Below, in pieces: positions 48,873-58,495 of a stretch of DNA of 64,000 bases (the stretch's first letter is position 1; every line of letters begins with the position of its first letter). The stretch is taken from the NCBI GenBank assembly GCA_964517625.1, contig CAZFBW010000002.1:25893-89892 (forward strand). Direction: 5' to 3'. The translations under genes were made by a program, and so were the position numbers. The DNA is from an uncultured Candidatus Saccharibacteria bacterium (GTDB lineage: Bacteria > Patescibacteriota > Minisyncoccia > Phycocordibacterales > UBA5272). Below the pieces are notes generated by a model that saw only the letters and a list, made by a program, of their open reading frames with translations, did no database searches and was not told where the DNA came from.

Positions 48873-49972
48873 GTCTCATTAGTTTGATTGTCGCAGGCAC
48901 AGCGGTACTTGCCTATGCATCCCCAACACAACTCCTTGAGGAACAGGAGGTAACGTATCTTGTTGAAGTAACAAAAATTTTTAAACAGGAGACAAAAGAA
49001 ATTCCAAATACAAATACAAGTGCGGTGTATCAAACACTCGAGGTTAAAGTTATTAAAGGGGAACTTGCAGGGAAGACATTTACTATTACGGAAGGGGGTT
49101 TTAATGCGCGCTTAGGCGATGTGTTTTATCTTCGTTATGTAAAAACTGCCGACGGTCAGGAGTATACGTCGCTTCAGGAGCCGTATCGCTTCACGTCTCT
49201 TTTGTGGTTATTTGCTATTTTTGTTATTGCCGTGCTTGTGCTTGGTGGTAAGCATGGATTTTTGTCGCTCCTTGCGCTTGTTATTTCATTTGGCGCAGTT
49301 TTTAATATTCTTTTTCCTAAACTTTTATCAGGGGAAAATGTTGTTTTTGTTTCTGTTGCAATCGCACTTCTTTCTCTTTTTGTTGTTATGTATGTGACGC
49401 ATGGATTTACACGATTAACGACATCAGCCTTTTTGGGTTCGGCAGGCGCTGTGCTTGTGACGGTCTTTCTTGCAAAGTATGCGGTTGCTATGACATCGCT
49501 TACTGGATATGCTGATGAAGAAAGTGTGTTTCTTAATCTTGCAACTGGTGGCCGACTTGATTTCGTGGCGCTTTTAATTGGAGGGATTATTATCGGTGTG
49601 ATTGGTGTTGTGGATGATGTGACGGTAACGCAAGCTTCTGTTGTAAACGAACTTCGCTTAGCAAACACGAATCTTTCCAGAATTGATTTGTATAAAAAAG
49701 CCATCAAAGTTGGCAAAGACCATATTGGTGCAGTGGTAAATACGCTTATCTTGGCCTACACCGGTGCTTCGCTTCCGCTTGTGTTATTACTCTATACGTC
49801 TACAACGCCGGCAATTGAACTTATCAATCGTGAAGCGATTGCAACTGAAATTGTACGAAGTATTGTTGGGTCACTCGGTTTACTCATTGCAATGCCACTT
49901 ACCACGTTGATTGCGGTGTGGCTCATGTATAAAAACCCAAGCACTGATACACACGTGCACCATCACCACTAG
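48854..49972 (+). CDS. YibE/F-like polytopic membrane protein with His-rich C-terminus
   Basis: Signal/TM, soluble N-domain, ~7 TM helices, C-terminal THVHHHH; co-located with fur. Confidence 0.45.
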   Translation: MQILRLSLISLIVAGTAVLAYASPTQLLEEQEVTYLVEVTKIFKQETKEIPNTNTSAVYQTLEVKVIKGELAGKTFTITEGGFNARLGDVFYLRYVKTADGQEYTSLQEPYRFTSLLWLFAIFVIAVLVLGGKHGFLSLLALVISFGAVFNILFPKLLSGENVVFVSVAIALLSLFVVMYVTHGFTRLTTSAFLGSAGAVLVTVFLAKYAVAMTSLTGYADEESVFLNLATGGRLDFVALLIGGIIIGVIGVVDDVTVTQASVVNELRLANTNLSRIDLYKKAIKVGKDHIGAVVNTLILAYTGASLPLVLLLYTSTTPAIELINREAIATEIVRSIVGSLGLLIAMPLTTLIAVWLMYKNPSTDTHVHHHH

Positions 49973-50020
49973 AAACATTTTTATCTGAAAACAAAAGCGA
50001 ATAAAAAATAAAGAAAAGAA

Positions 50021-50050
50021 AAAAAGCCGTTGCTTGCGCAACGGCTTTTC
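50021..50050. terminator. bidirectional terminator (A5-GCCGTTGC-ttgc-GCAACGGC-T4)
   Basis: Seen directly between convergent genes. Confidence 0.6.
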
Positions 50051-50064
50051 GAATCATTCAGCTT

Positions 50065-50649
50065 TTAGGCATGAGCCGGATTCTTGCGTCCGACGTTGAG
50101 CCAGACGGCAACCGTGACCCAGTTCAGAAACAGGGCCATAATCGGTGTTATTGCATTGAACCTGAAGACAAACACTTGGTACATCTTGAGGGGGTCAAGC
50201 ATCGCGCCGGTGTTTAGTTCTTGTGCGACACGGAACAAGGCATAACCTTCGGTGAGAAGTGTCCAAGTGGTCGCAAGCGCCATGACGACATGTACAAACC
50301 AGAGTGTCCACCTGTTGTTCTGCTCACCGTACTTTTTCTTTGTGTGAGCAATCGTGTACAGGAACAGCATGATGATGGAAAGTACACTTCCAAATACAAT
50401 GAAGAGAATCACGACGAACCACATGATGGCGTCAAGTGGCGTCTCCATCTTTGGTGTACCAATGAGGCACAGACCATAGAGAATGATGTACACGAAGACC
50501 ATGGACAGCGCCAGAAATATGGCAATGCTAAGTCCATGTTGGTGACTTTCAGGGTTGTTCCTCAGGTCGCGAACGCCCAAGTAGGGGATGGTTACGAAGA
50601 GGAATATTGCTGATGTAACGAACATCGCAGTAGTTAACCAAGCATTCAT
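50065..50649 (-). CDS. hypothetical polytopic membrane protein
   Basis: Start at MNAWLTTAM; ~6 TM helices. Confidence 0.4.
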   Translation of the reverse strand: MNAWLTTAMFVTSAIFLFVTIPYLGVRDLRNNPESHQHGLSIAIFLALSMVFVYIILYGLCLIGTPKMETPLDAIMWFVVILFIVFGSVLSIIMLFLYTIAHTKKKYGEQNNRWTLWFVHVVMALATTWTLLTEGYALFRVAQELNTGAMLDPLKMYQVFVFRFNAITPIMALFLNWVTVAVWLNVGRKNPAHA

Positions 50650-50752
50650 AGGTTTTCCTTTCGGTGTTTTGGGTTTTGTTGAAAAAAGGACGAAAATTAG
50701 CCGAGTTCTATTATACACTATTTTATATGTTTTGTCAATGTGTGAAAGGTAA

Positions 50753-50786
50753 CAAAAAAACAGGCATTTCTGCCTATTTTTTACTG
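50753..50786 (-). terminator. hairpin AGGCA-tttc-TGCCT with T7 on the minus strand (terminates the dsbA-like gene)
   Basis: Seen directly. Confidence 0.5.
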
Positions 50787-50794
50787 TTCAGCAC

Positions 50795-51529
50795 TTATCG
50801 ATTAAGGGCTTCTTCGATCGCGGCCATAAACACCGGTGCTGGTTGTGCGCCGTCAATTGCTGCGACAATCTCGTATCCTTTTCGTGTCTTTGACAATATA
50901 AAGGTTGCAGGAGTTCCTTGAACACCAGCGGTTGCACCATCTTGTTGGTGTGCGTTTACTGTTGCCGCTGTTTCCATGGATGACATGCAGGCACTAAATG
51001 CTTTCGCGTCAAGGTTTGTTTTTTGTGCTATCATTGCTGTTCCATTTGCGGGAAGTTGGGTGGTTTTATTGTCATTCTTGTAATCAAAAAGATTGTTTAA
51101 GTATGCATAGTATGCGGTATCACCTCCAACTTTACCGGCACAAGAAATCGCACGTCCCTCATCAAAAGCGTGCGGGTGAATTTGGGTAAGAGGGAAGTGA
51201 CGGTAAACGAAAGCAATTTTGTCTTTGTATGTCGCTTGAATTTGTTTGATTGTTGGATGTAGGGAGACGCAGTATGGGCACTCTGTGTCAGAGTACTCAA
51301 TAACGACAACATCGCTATTTTTTTTACCATAGACATAGTCATTTTCAGAAATCATATTTCCGGCAAACATTTGCACAGGCGCACCCGTTGAACCCTTGGT
51401 GATTAACCCATACCCCATAAGTCCTCCGGAAATAATGATTGAAGCAACCACGATCGCAACAGGGGTTGTGAGCTTAATGTGTCTAATAGAATGAATAATT
51501 TTTGTTAGTGCGTGTTTGATGGTGTGCAT
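50795..51529 (-). CDS. DsbA-family thiol:disulfide oxidoreductase, membrane-anchored
   Basis: Thioredoxin CPYC active site in VVIEYSDTECPYCVSLHP; start at MHTIKH (the ORF-track upstream extension would overlap the divergent gene and promoter). Confidence 0.7.
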   Translation of the reverse strand: MHTIKHALTKIIHSIRHIKLTTPVAIVVASIIISGGLMGYGLITKGSTGAPVQMFAGNMISENDYVYGKKNSDVVVIEYSDTECPYCVSLHPTIKQIQATYKDKIAFVYRHFPLTQIHPHAFDEGRAISCAGKVGGDTAYYAYLNNLFDYKNDNKTTQLPANGTAMIAQKTNLDAKAFSACMSSMETAATVNAHQQDGATAGVQGTPATFILSKTRKGYEIVAAIDGAQPAPVFMAAIEEALNR

Positions 51530-51563
51530 GGTGGTGTATACTGAAGTATCACGAAAGTATATC

Positions 51564-52133
51564 ATGTCATTTTTGAAACCGGTACCCGCGTCAGTTCTCC
51601 ATAAATTTATCCTTAGTGGCTTTCTGGAATTTGGTCCGGTGATTATTTTTCTTACCGCATATGACCTTTTCCATATCTTTAAAGCGACAATGCTTCTCAT
51701 GATTGCAACGATTGTGACAACGGTTATTACATTTCGTTTGCAGAAACGATTGCCATATGCGGGTTTATATATTGCCTTTTTAACGCTTATGTTTGGATAT
51801 TTGACGCTTTGGCACCACAATCCTAATTTTATTCAATTGCGTGATACAGTCTATGATGCAATCAATGCAACGGTACTTATGGGGGGACTGCTTTTCAATA
51901 CGCTTTTGTTCAAACACGCATTTCATGATGTGGTGCCGATGACTGACCGTGCATGGCGCAAACTTACCTATGCTTGGGCAACGTTTTTCTTTTTGGTGGC
52001 CATTGCAAATGAGTACGTCCGACACATGTTTCCTTTTGATTATTGGATTGTTTTTAAAGCGTCGATGGCGGTTGTGACAACATTATTTGGCATCATTGTC
52101 TTTTTTGTTATATACGAAAAAAAGGAAGAGTAA
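51564..52133 (+). CDS. septation protein IspZ/YciB-family inner-membrane protein
   Basis: Start at MSFLKP; 5 TM helices; overall YciB-like layout. Confidence 0.55.
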   Translation: MSFLKPVPASVLHKFILSGFLEFGPVIIFLTAYDLFHIFKATMLLMIATIVTTVITFRLQKRLPYAGLYIAFLTLMFGYLTLWHHNPNFIQLRDTVYDAINATVLMGGLLFNTLLFKHAFHDVVPMTDRAWRKLTYAWATFFFLVAIANEYVRHMFPFDYWIVFKASMAVVTTLFGIIVFFVIYEKKEE

Positions 52134-52155
52134 ATGCAGGTGTAAAAAATAAGAA

Positions 52156-52181
52156 AAACAAAACCGGAGGGGGTCCTCCGG
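52156..52181 (-). terminator. hairpin CCGGAGG-gggt-CCTCCGG with T-rich tail on the minus strand
   Basis: Seen directly. Confidence 0.45.
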
Positions 52182-52200
52182 CAGGGGTTGGGGGTGTGTT

Positions 52201-52410
52201 TTATTTTTTGAGAAGATTGCGAATCTCGGTAACCTGTTTCAGGGCATCGAGAAACGCTTTTTCGTCTCGATTGTTTGCGACCGCCCCATTACGGAGAGCA
52301 TTTGCTCGGTCCGCGTCATGGATGAGCATTTCCTGGAAGTGAACATCTCCCAAAGATGCCTCTAGTTTTCGTTTCAGGTCTTCCGTCGTCTCTTTGACAG
52401 GAAAGTTCAT
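52201..52410 (-). CDS. hypothetical small protein (69 aa)
   Basis: Preceded on the minus strand by TTGACA-n-TATGATATACT promoter. Confidence 0.35.
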   Translation of the reverse strand: MNFPVKETTEDLKRKLEASLGDVHFQEMLIHDADRANALRNGAVANNRDEKAFLDALKQVTEIRNLLKK

Positions 52411-52524
52411 GTTCGCCTCCTTTCTGGCTTAGATGGGGCTTAAAATCAAACCTAAAAGCAAGTATATCATAAAACAATATATTTTGCAAGTTGTCAATTA
52501 AAAGCCTTAACGTAGGGGGAAACT

Positions 52525-52556
52525 AAAAAGGCACCACCTGCAGTGGGTGGTGCCTT
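52525..52556 (-). terminator. terminator GGCACCACC-loop-GGTGGTGCC with T5 on the minus strand
   Basis: Seen directly after the 52572-52913 gene. Confidence 0.55.
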
Positions 52557-52571
52557 GGATGTCGCTGTGAA

Positions 52572-52913
52572 TTAGGATTCTCCCGCTTTTTTGGGGGGCC
52601 CCATCATCTGGTAGATGGTACTGAATTGTGCTTGAAGTTCTACACGTATCGATATTTGGTCTACAGGAAGAGCGTATTTGGGAACACTTTCTTCTTTCAT
52701 TCCAATTAAGTTATATAAGCGACCACTCTCTTCGCAATTACTGCACCTGAAGACCATTACTATGGGTTTGTTTCCTCCGCGGATGACCATCCCGCATTCA
52801 ATTCCACGCGTATCTTCAAGTTTTATGCTCGGTGTCATGAAGCAATCACCGGTTTCCCATTTGATTTGTGCCATGTTATGAGCACCTCTTGGTGTGGTTG
52901 TGAACTTACACAC
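52572..52913 (-). CDS. hypothetical Cys-containing small protein (possible zinc ribbon)
   Basis: 113 aa; C..C...CSNCEE pattern. Confidence 0.35.
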   Translation of the reverse strand: MCKFTTTPRGAHNMAQIKWETGDCFMTPSIKLEDTRGIECGMVIRGGNKPIVMVFRCSNCEESGRLYNLIGMKEESVPKYALPVDQISIRVELQAQFSTIYQMMGPPKKAGES

Positions 52914-52941
52914 ATAACACTATAAGCAACAAAAGTTTTTG

Positions 52942-53733
52942 TCAATTCAAGGCCTCAATGTAGGGGGAAAGGAGAAACCCGAGAGTGATAATAGCAAGGG
53001 CGATGCGATAGTATCCAAAAACAGAAAACGAGCGCGTGCGAATATAATTTAAAAATACTTTAATGACAACAAGCGCGACAACAAAAGCGGTCACGGTACC
53101 AACAAGGAGGGGGGAGAGATTAGAAACCTGGGTGATTGTTTCAGGGTGTTTGTACATACTGTATGCAGTCGCACTTACCATTGTGGGCACCGCGAGGAGG
53201 AAGGTAAATTCTGTGAGCACGGTTCTGTCTAAACGCATGAACATTCCACCCATAATCATCGCACCTGACCTCGATACCCCAGGAATGATGGCAAGTGTTT
53301 GAAAGATACCAAGGAGAAAGGCTTCTTTATAGCCAATGTGCGAGGTGATACCCACTTCATGTGTTTTTTTCTTGTACCAGTGTTCGGCATAAAGAATGAT
53401 GATACCGCCGACAAAAAGTGTGGCAACAACGATAAATGGATTTTCCAAGAGTGTGCGGATATATTTAAAAACTAAAAGTCCAACTATACCCGTTGGAATA
53501 AATCCAATGATAAGCTTTTTAATGAGCGCGATATTTGAAAGACTTTTGAAATAAAAAGCAATAACGGCACAAATTGCTCCGACCTGGATAGCAATATCAA
53601 ATGTTGCCAAGAATGCCGATTGCTCAATGGCGAGAACTTGTTGTGTAAGGATGAGGTGGCCCGTGGAGGAAATTGGTAAAAACTCAGTAAGGCCTTCAAC
53701 GATACCGAGGATAAGCGCTTGTGTGATACTCAT
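52942..53733 (-). CDS. uppP: undecaprenyl-diphosphate phosphatase
   Basis: GLTEFLPISSTGHL N-terminal motif, PGVSRSGA motif; 263 aa. Confidence 0.9.
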   Translation of the reverse strand: MSITQALILGIVEGLTEFLPISSTGHLILTQQVLAIEQSAFLATFDIAIQVGAICAVIAFYFKSLSNIALIKKLIIGFIPTGIVGLLVFKYIRTLLENPFIVVATLFVGGIIILYAEHWYKKKTHEVGITSHIGYKEAFLLGIFQTLAIIPGVSRSGAMIMGGMFMRLDRTVLTEFTFLLAVPTMVSATAYSMYKHPETITQVSNLSPLLVGTVTAFVVALVVIKVFLNYIRTRSFSVFGYYRIALAIITLGFLLSPYIEALN

Positions 53734-53820
53734 AGGTACGATTGTAACACAAAGAGGGGTGGTTTTTCTGTTTTATTTCACAGCCATTTTTAAAAGTAGC
53801 ATGATACACTTTATACATCT

Positions 53821-56052
53821 ATGCGGTTGTCTCATATTACTATTTCTGGCTTTAAGTCGTTCGCAAAAAAGACGACAATTGATGTTACCCATCAGGTAAC
53901 TGGTGTTGTTGGTCCAAATGGGTCTGGAAAATCAAATGTGGCAGAAGCAATTCGTTTCGTACTTGGTGAGCAATCAATGAAAAGTATGCGTGGGAAGCTC
54001 GGCGCCGATTTAATTTTTAAAGGTTCGGAGCATTTGAGTCCGCTTTCTCGTGCGTCGGTAACGATGGTGATTGATAATCGCGATAAAGTTGATATCACCC
54101 ACGCAAGCCAGGAACTCGCACCGTATCTTATTTATGATCAATTGACACTTTCTCGTGTTATCTATGCTGACGGGACGAGCGATTACACACTAAATGACGC
54201 AAAGGTGCGTTTGAAAGATGTGCAAGAGCTTCTCGCGTTTGCAGGGATAGGTGGTTCGGCACACACCATCATCAATCAAGGCGAGGCCGACAAGATTCTA
54301 CTTGCATCACCCCGTGAAAGAAAAGAAGCAATTGAAGACGCGCTCGGGTTACGCGTATTTCATATTCGATTAAACGAAAGTGCGCGCAAGTTAGAAAAAG
54401 TAAAAGCGCATGTGCATGAAGTGGAATTGCTCCGCAAAGAAATTGCTCCGCACTTGCTTCACCTGAAGCGTCAGGTAGATAAACTTGAATCAAAAGAAAA
54501 AGAACGACAATTGCTTCACAAATTACTCATGGCGTATTTTGTCCGCGAGGAGCGTGAGCTTGCAATTTTGAATGAAAAAATTCGTGAGGCGGGAACGTCT
54601 CAATCACTTCTTCTTATTACAGAATCGATTCATAAAGAACTTCGTGCGCTCAAAGAAGAAAAACAAGACACATTCGGTGAATCTTCACACGAAAAACACA
54701 CACTTCAAGCTGAATTAAAGTCGCTTCATGAACGCCGAGACCAAGTGACAAAAACGCTTGGACGTCTTGAAGCAGAGAAATCATATTTGCAAAAAGAACT
54801 TGATAGAGAAGAAGCATCCGTTGATGTCATTGTTTCTCACGACGAATTTATGAAGACAAAACATGGACTTCACGAATTATTTGAAGCGCTTCACAAAGCC
54901 ATTCATGAAGGAACCATTGAACAGGTGAAAGAAGCTTTTCATCGGGCAAAAGAATCCCTCACTTCATTTTTTGATTCTCATGGAAATAGTAATCAAGGTG
55001 CGAAGAAAGAGAGTATCAAGCAAAAACTTGAAGAAACAAACGCCGAGATACAAGAATATGAGCACAAGGAAAAGGAGATGACTGGTGGTATTGTTATCTT
55101 TGAACAAAAACTAGAAGCCATTAATACAGAAGCAACGAGCGCCATTCATTCGCGTTTTGAGGAGGAGAAGAAAAAAGTTGTATTGGAAAGTAAGATTCGT
55201 GAATTGGAAAGCACAATTGCTCTTCGTAAACAGGAAGAAGGCGAGGTATCATCGCGTAAGGAGCGTTTTGATGCCCTGTTGGAAGAAGGTGCTGTGGTTG
55301 TTGGGCGCGAAGTGCTTGGATACAGAGAAGCGACACCGGAGGAAACGTATATGACGATGGAAAAGCAGGCCTTGATGAGGGCAATTGAGCGCTCAAAACT
55401 TCGTATTGAAGAAGCGGGGATTCCAAATGCGTCTGAGGTGATTTCGGAATATAAATCAACCAAAGAGCGCGAGGAATATTTAAGCAAAGAACTTGCCGAC
55501 ATTCGCCAAACGGAAACAAAGCTTCTTGAACTCATCAAAGAATTAGAGACATCGCTTGAGGAGCGATTTAGTAGTGGAATTAAACAAATCTCGGAAATCT
55601 TCACCGACTTTTTTGCTGAAGTATTTCCAAATGGAAAAGGACGTCTCATGCTTATCAATATGACGCGCACCGACGAAGACGGAAACACCATCACCGACCA
55701 AGGGGTTGATATTGATGTTAATCTCCCACACAAAAAAGTAAAAGAGATACAAATGTTCTCAGGTGGCGAACGCGCGCTCACTTCAATTGCACTTCTGTTT
55801 GCGATGTCATCGCTTACACCTCCGCCATTTATGGTGCTTGATGAAACAGATGCTCCACTTGATGAAATGAATGCACGCAAGTATGGTTCGATGTTAAGTC
55901 GGCTCGCCACAAAAAGTAAATTGCTCATCATTACACACAATCGAGAGACAATGAATCATTGTGACATGCTTTATGGAGTGACGATTGGTGTTGATGGCTC
56001 GAGCCGACTTCTTTCAATTAACTTCAAAGAAGCTGAAGGGTTTGCGAGGTAA
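53821..56052 (+). CDS. smc: SMC-family ATPase, short (743 aa) and apparently hingeless
   Basis: N-terminal ITISGFKSF...GPNGSGKSN Walker A; C-terminal ABC signature FSGGERALTSIALLFAM and Walker B MVLDETDAPLD; the middle is coiled coil with no obvious hinge. Confidence 0.7.
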   Translation: MRLSHITISGFKSFAKKTTIDVTHQVTGVVGPNGSGKSNVAEAIRFVLGEQSMKSMRGKLGADLIFKGSEHLSPLSRASVTMVIDNRDKVDITHASQELAPYLIYDQLTLSRVIYADGTSDYTLNDAKVRLKDVQELLAFAGIGGSAHTIINQGEADKILLASPRERKEAIEDALGLRVFHIRLNESARKLEKVKAHVHEVELLRKEIAPHLLHLKRQVDKLESKEKERQLLHKLLMAYFVREERELAILNEKIREAGTSQSLLLITESIHKELRALKEEKQDTFGESSHEKHTLQAELKSLHERRDQVTKTLGRLEAEKSYLQKELDREEASVDVIVSHDEFMKTKHGLHELFEALHKAIHEGTIEQVKEAFHRAKESLTSFFDSHGNSNQGAKKESIKQKLEETNAEIQEYEHKEKEMTGGIVIFEQKLEAINTEATSAIHSRFEEEKKKVVLESKIRELESTIALRKQEEGEVSSRKERFDALLEEGAVVVGREVLGYREATPEETYMTMEKQALMRAIERSKLRIEEAGIPNASEVISEYKSTKEREEYLSKELADIRQTETKLLELIKELETSLEERFSSGIKQISEIFTDFFAEVFPNGKGRLMLINMTRTDEDGNTITDQGVDIDVNLPHKKVKEIQMFSGGERALTSIALLFAMSSLTPPPFMVLDETDAPLDEMNARKYGSMLSRLATKSKLLIITHNRETMNHCDMLYGVTIGVDGSSRLLSINFKEAEGFAR

Positions 56053-56063
56053 AACAGGTTTTG

Positions 56064-56072
56064 TGGTATAGT
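56064..56072 (+). promoter_or_regulatory. extended -10 TGGTATAGT upstream of rnr
   Basis: Only 2 nt from the ORF-track ATG, so the ATG at 56081 is preferred. Confidence 0.4.
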
Positions 56073-56080
56073 AATTGGAT

Positions 56081-58021
56081 ATGCAGAGGCTTTATACAGG
56101 TGTTATCAGTTTAAATTCCAAGAAAGATGGGTATGTGCGCGTGCACGACCTTGAAAAAGAAGGGGCAATTTTCGTTGACCACAGCCACTTAAATACAGCG
56201 CTTCACCACGACTCGGTTGAGGTTGAACTTCTCGGGAAAAAGAAAAACGCTAAAGGTGAGGACGAACTCTATGGAATCATTGTACGTGTCATTGAACGAG
56301 GGAAGAAAGGGTATGCCGGCATTTTAGAAGAAGACCACGGCATGTACTTTTTGGTGCCTGATGATAGACGAATGTATACGGATATCGTCATTGACCATGA
56401 GAAACTAGACGGCGCAAAGGTTGGTGAAAAAATTATTGCATCCATCGATGATTGGAGTGATCACAAAAAGTCTCCAAGAGGAAGTGTGGTAAAAGTTTTG
56501 GGTCAGCCTGGTGAAAATAATGCAGAAATGCTTGCGTACGCGTATGAACGTGGTTTTAGTGATGAGCATAACGATGCAGTCGTTGAAGAAGCACAACAGA
56601 TAAAATTGCGTGGTATTAGCGAAGAAGAAAAAGCAGGCAGGCGCGATTTTAGAAACATTTCAACATTTACGATTGACCCAGCGGATGCAAAAGATTTTGA
56701 TGACGCAATCTCATTTAAGAAATTAGAGAACGGTCACTATGAAGTTGGTATTCATATTGCCGATGTGTCGCACTATGTGCGCCCGGGGATGCATTTGGAT
56801 GAAGAGGGAATCGCACGCGAGACTTCGGTGTACTTGGTAGACCGCTGTATCCCAATGCTTCCAGAAGTTCTCTCGAATGATTTATGTTCCTTGGTGCAAG
56901 GAGAAGATCGTCTTGTGATGAGTGCAGTGTTTGAATTGGACGACGAAGGCACAATTCACGCGGAGTGGTTTGGAAAAGCGGTGATTAACTCCCATCGCAG
57001 ATATACCTATGAAGACGCTCAAAAGGCGATTGATACGGGAAGTGGAGATTTTGCACAAGAACTTATTATTTTAAACAACATTGCGAAAAAATTAACTCAA
57101 GCACGTTTTAAAAACGGCGCACTCTCACTTGAAACTGATGAAGTTAAATTTAAATTAGATGAAAAAGGAGTTCCTGTTGATGTGTATGTGAAAGAACGCA
57201 TCGATACGAACAAGTTGATTGAAGAGTACATGCTCATGGCCAACAAACAGGTGAGTAAATTTATTACGCTAAAGCAAGAGGAGACACAAGGTGAAGGAAA
57301 TAGTATTTGTATTTACCGTGTGCACGACAAACCAGACGCTGACCGCATGCATGACCTTGATTTGTATATTCGCGGACTCGGATTTTCTGTGCGATTTATG
57401 GATGGACTCATTCCTTCGCAAGATTTGAATGATTTGTTAAAGAAAATGGGTGATAGACCAGAGAAAGCTCTTCTTCAGGTACACATCACACGTTCAATGG
57501 CGAAAGCAATATATAGTACGAGAAATATTGGCCACTATGGTTTGGCGTTTGATTATTATTCGCACTTTACATCGCCAATTCGTCGCTACCCGGATGTACT
57601 CACACACCGTTTACTTGAACGTGTGCTTAAAAAAGATTTTCCAAAAGCGGAAGAGCGCGGATGGTATGAAAGTTTGTGTATGCAGGCGTCTCGCCGAGAA
57701 AAAGAAGCGGCGGACGCTGAGCGTGGAAGTATTAAGTACAAGCAAGTGGAATATATGTCGATGCGCATTGGGCAGGAATTTGATGGCATGGTCTCCGGTG
57801 TGTCTGAATGGGGAATTTACGTTGAGGAAAAGAAAAGTAAATGCGAAGGCATGGTAAAGCTTCGTGATTTAGGGGACGACTTTTTCAACTACGATCCGCG
57901 GGGTAGTCGCGTTATCGGCGAGAGAACAGGGGTTGAGTACAAAATTGGAACACCGGTAAAAATCAAGGTAAAGCAGGCGAATTTGGATTTGCGTATTATT
58001 GATTACACACTCATTGCCTAG
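56081..58021 (+). CDS. rnr: ribonuclease R (RNB family, C-terminal S1)
   Basis: RNB motifs IDPADAKDFDDAISF and HYGLAF; cold-shock and S1 domains. Confidence 0.9.
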   Translation: MQRLYTGVISLNSKKDGYVRVHDLEKEGAIFVDHSHLNTALHHDSVEVELLGKKKNAKGEDELYGIIVRVIERGKKGYAGILEEDHGMYFLVPDDRRMYTDIVIDHEKLDGAKVGEKIIASIDDWSDHKKSPRGSVVKVLGQPGENNAEMLAYAYERGFSDEHNDAVVEEAQQIKLRGISEEEKAGRRDFRNISTFTIDPADAKDFDDAISFKKLENGHYEVGIHIADVSHYVRPGMHLDEEGIARETSVYLVDRCIPMLPEVLSNDLCSLVQGEDRLVMSAVFELDDEGTIHAEWFGKAVINSHRRYTYEDAQKAIDTGSGDFAQELIILNNIAKKLTQARFKNGALSLETDEVKFKLDEKGVPVDVYVKERIDTNKLIEEYMLMANKQVSKFITLKQEETQGEGNSICIYRVHDKPDADRMHDLDLYIRGLGFSVRFMDGLIPSQDLNDLLKKMGDRPEKALLQVHITRSMAKAIYSTRNIGHYGLAFDYYSHFTSPIRRYPDVLTHRLLERVLKKDFPKAEERGWYESLCMQASRREKEAADAERGSIKYKQVEYMSMRIGQEFDGMVSGVSEWGIYVEEKKSKCEGMVKLRDLGDDFFNYDPRGSRVIGERTGVEYKIGTPVKIKVKQANLDLRIIDYTLIA

Positions 58022-58108
58022 TTTTCACAAAATACTGTTGAAATATAGGCATACTTTCGATTGGTGAAGGACTTCCTTTTTTTATAAAAGTATGTTAGAA
58101 TTGGGGAC

Positions 58109-58411
58109 ATGTTAAAAATCAGATTACAGCGCGTAGGACGCAAAAATGACCCGCATTTCAGACTTATTTGTACTGAAAGCACTCTTAAGCCGAAAACTTC
58201 ACAGTTTGCGGAGATTCTTGGAACCTATAATGTGAAAGCTGGCCTCTTTGAAGTTAAGGCTCCACGTGTGAAGCATTGGATAAGTGTTGGTGCACAAGTT
58301 TCTCCAACGGTACACAATCTCCTCGTTACGAAAGGTGTTCTTTCGGGTAAGAAAATAAACGTTCTTCCAAAGAAGTCTCCTCAGAAGAAAGAAGAAGCGA
58401 AGAAGGCATAA
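58109..58411 (+). CDS. rpsP: 30S ribosomal protein S16
   Basis: MLKIRLQRVGRKNDPHFRLICTES. Confidence 0.9.
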   Translation: MLKIRLQRVGRKNDPHFRLICTESTLKPKTSQFAEILGTYNVKAGLFEVKAPRVKHWISVGAQVSPTVHNLLVTKGVLSGKKINVLPKKSPQKKEEAKKA

Positions 58412-58495
58412 TACCGAGGACTAGAAAAATTCTGTGCATAAGTGCAAGGTGTAGTTTTCATTTTACTGATACGATAAGAGTACACACATAATGAT

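Noticed and set aside
51530-51820. 97-codon N-terminal extension of the DsbA-like gene
   Set aside because: It overlaps the divergent yciB-like gene and its promoter; MHTIKH start leaves a sensible TM anchor plus thioredoxin domain.
55146-55940. 264-aa minus-strand ORF inside smc
   Set aside because: Antisense to a strongly motif-supported SMC-like CDS; low-complexity Ser-rich translation.
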